Shown: positions 62,054-64,000 of the stretch, in pieces
How positions within the stretch are numbered: position 1 is the first letter of the stretch
Layout: every line of letters starts with the position of its first letter
Source: Squalus acanthias
Lineage: Eukaryota
Direction of reading: 5' to 3'
DNA: 64,000 nt
Assembly: GCA_030390025.1 (NCBI GenBank)
Contig: CM059431.1
Coordinates: 114,950,001 to 115,014,000 of the forward strand
The notes under the pieces: generated by a model
What the model was told of the DNA's origin: nothing
Seen by the model: only the letters and a program-made list of their open reading frames with translations
Database searches by the model: none
Made by a program: the position numbers and the translations under genes

Positions 62054-62899
62054 GGGCTGGATTTTGCCAATGGGGAGCTTTTGGAGGCGGGACTCCCACT
62101 TGTCGGGTTTTAGTCCCGCCTCCATCGACTTCTGGCCAACCCAAGCTATTTTCCCTTGATTGACCTTGTTAAGCCCGCCCAGCGGGCTCAGCAGGCCAAT
62201 TAAGGGGAAGCCGGTTACAGAGAACGTCAGCGTATGACGTTTCATCTGTCAAAATATTTTGACAGATGAATTGTCATCGTTTGACTGCTCTGTGAAGCTG
62301 TCAAACACTGACATTCTCTGTTGTTTGATGAGTTCTTGTATTCAAGACTCATCAAACCTCTTTTGTGAGCAGAAATTAGATGGTTGTTGCATTGGAGAAT
62401 GCAGCAGCCATCTGTCATCTCTGCCGGTGAGATGCGAGAGTCTCCGCACCCCCAACGTTTGAAGCCTGCAGGAAGAAACAAAGGTAAGTAAACATTTTCT
62501 ATCACTTTCCACTCACCTCACATAATTACCGCTCCACACTTGCACCCATCACTTACCTTCACAGAGCACTTTTGCACCCCTCCGACCCCTGCAAGACCCA
62601 CTGCTTGCCTCGATAACACTGGCGGGATTCGCAGCCTTTGGGAAGCCTGCACTTGTGTGGGTAAAATGGGGATAATCCTCTTATCTGCCTGTTAACTACC
62701 TGTTAACAAGCAGTTAAGTGGCTGTAATCCCCTTCCCACCTCCAGGAGACGGGACCCGGCGTGGGTCAGCAACCTGCCTCCTGGGAAGATGGCATGGAGG
62801 CGAGTTGGGGGCGGGATGGGTACCCGCTCCCAGATTCTGCCATTTTCCCGGCAGTCCTGCCTCCAAACCCGCCTCCCCAGGGCTGGCAAGATCGCGCCC
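62054..62899 (+). mobile_element. Harbinger-type MITE, palindrome-rich family, copy 2 (846 bp)
   Basis: GGGCTGGATTTTGCCA / TGGCAAGATCGCGCCC; colinear with 19569-20382. Confidence 0.88.
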
Positions 62900-64000
62900 T
62901 TACTTTCTGTCATTAAAATGTACCTCTAACATTGGTTTACTGGATCAGATTGGAAGAAGAATAGGATCAGAATTACTTCATGCTTTGGACTATCCTTTTT
63001 ATCATCACCAGTTTAGAACCATTATTTATGACATATATATCTGGTAGCATATTTATCTAAGGCAGCAGTTACTACAGCAATTGTTGCCATAAAAAATAAA
63101 CAGAGGTGACTAAAATGCCCTGTCATTTGTGTAATACGCAATTTTATTCTGCACACTTACCTCTTTGTTATGTTAGTTGTATTATGACTTTGCTGTACAA
63201 GCCTTCTCAAAGTAGGAATATAAAAAAACAATATTGATACCATATCATAATTACATACACGGCGCATATAATAGCTACCACATGGCAGCTAATTCAGGTA
63301 ATAAAAAGTAGGTGTGGGGCAGAGAAAGGAATGCACGGCGTTTATTCAAGTGAGACAGTATATGGGGCAATAAAATTTGACTGCATTGGATAAATGGCAA
63401 GGCGGAAAGTTTTTATGCTAAATAAATTAGCTCATACCGGATTTTATTGCTATTGTAGCCTACTTTTTGTAAAATTATTGGAAAAACTAGGAATGAGATC
63501 TAAATCAAAGTGAACACCCAGAATGATCTAAATTTGGTAGTTTGGGGATTCTTTGGGAGTAGTTGAATTTTGTCCGATTTGCACCATTTTGGTTTTAGCC
63601 TGTTTATTTAAAAACTGCTGATGCACTTATACAGATACAAAATGTTACTCTGCATAGGTACCACCATTTTGCTATTGTGTTGTAAAATTTCTATGCCATT
63701 AAAGGCTTGCAGCAAAGAAAGAAATGACATCCGTGGCTAAACTATCCATAACATTGAGAGATTACCATCAAAATATGAAAAAGAGACATACAAACTATTG
63801 AAAAAATAAGTATGGTTTCTCATCGCTGCTAGTGTACACTTGGTAACACTGCTGTTTTACACGATAATTGATGCTTATTTGGGTGGGTCTGAAATCTCTA
63901 TTTTTCTCTCAATCCAGGTCTCACTCAGCCACATACTTCCTACAACTAGATGGTCAGGCAGGGGATCTACTCCCAGGCTTCAACCAGAGCAACTTGTCAC

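Overview
This is vertebrate genomic DNA, almost certainly elasmobranch (shark or ray), judged from HE1-like tRNA-derived SINEs, abundant CR1 LINEs and shark-type Penelope-like and Harbinger elements. It is intronic or intergenic and dominated by transposons; no host gene could be identified. The main contents are: (1) a PIF/Harbinger element with an open 402-aa DDE transposase and a broken convergent Myb/SANT partner gene, plus decayed relatives and many MITEs; (2) a Penelope-like element (PLE) with 760 uninterrupted codons (RT + GIY-YIG); (3) an RTE-clade LINE; (4) many CR1, L2 and other CR1-group fragments; (5) two independent ~1.55 kb solo LTRs with 4-bp TSDs; (6) two ~230-240 bp fold-back PLE-derived elements carrying minimal hammerhead ribozyme motifs with stem covariation, reciprocally nested with the solo LTRs. 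Also seen: a five-layer nest at 50.9-56.6 kb, two CR1 pieces that join in frame across 15.6 kb, a strong CTCF motif with nearby ETS sites, and a few unidentified candidate exons. Family names come from motif recognition only; no database search was run.
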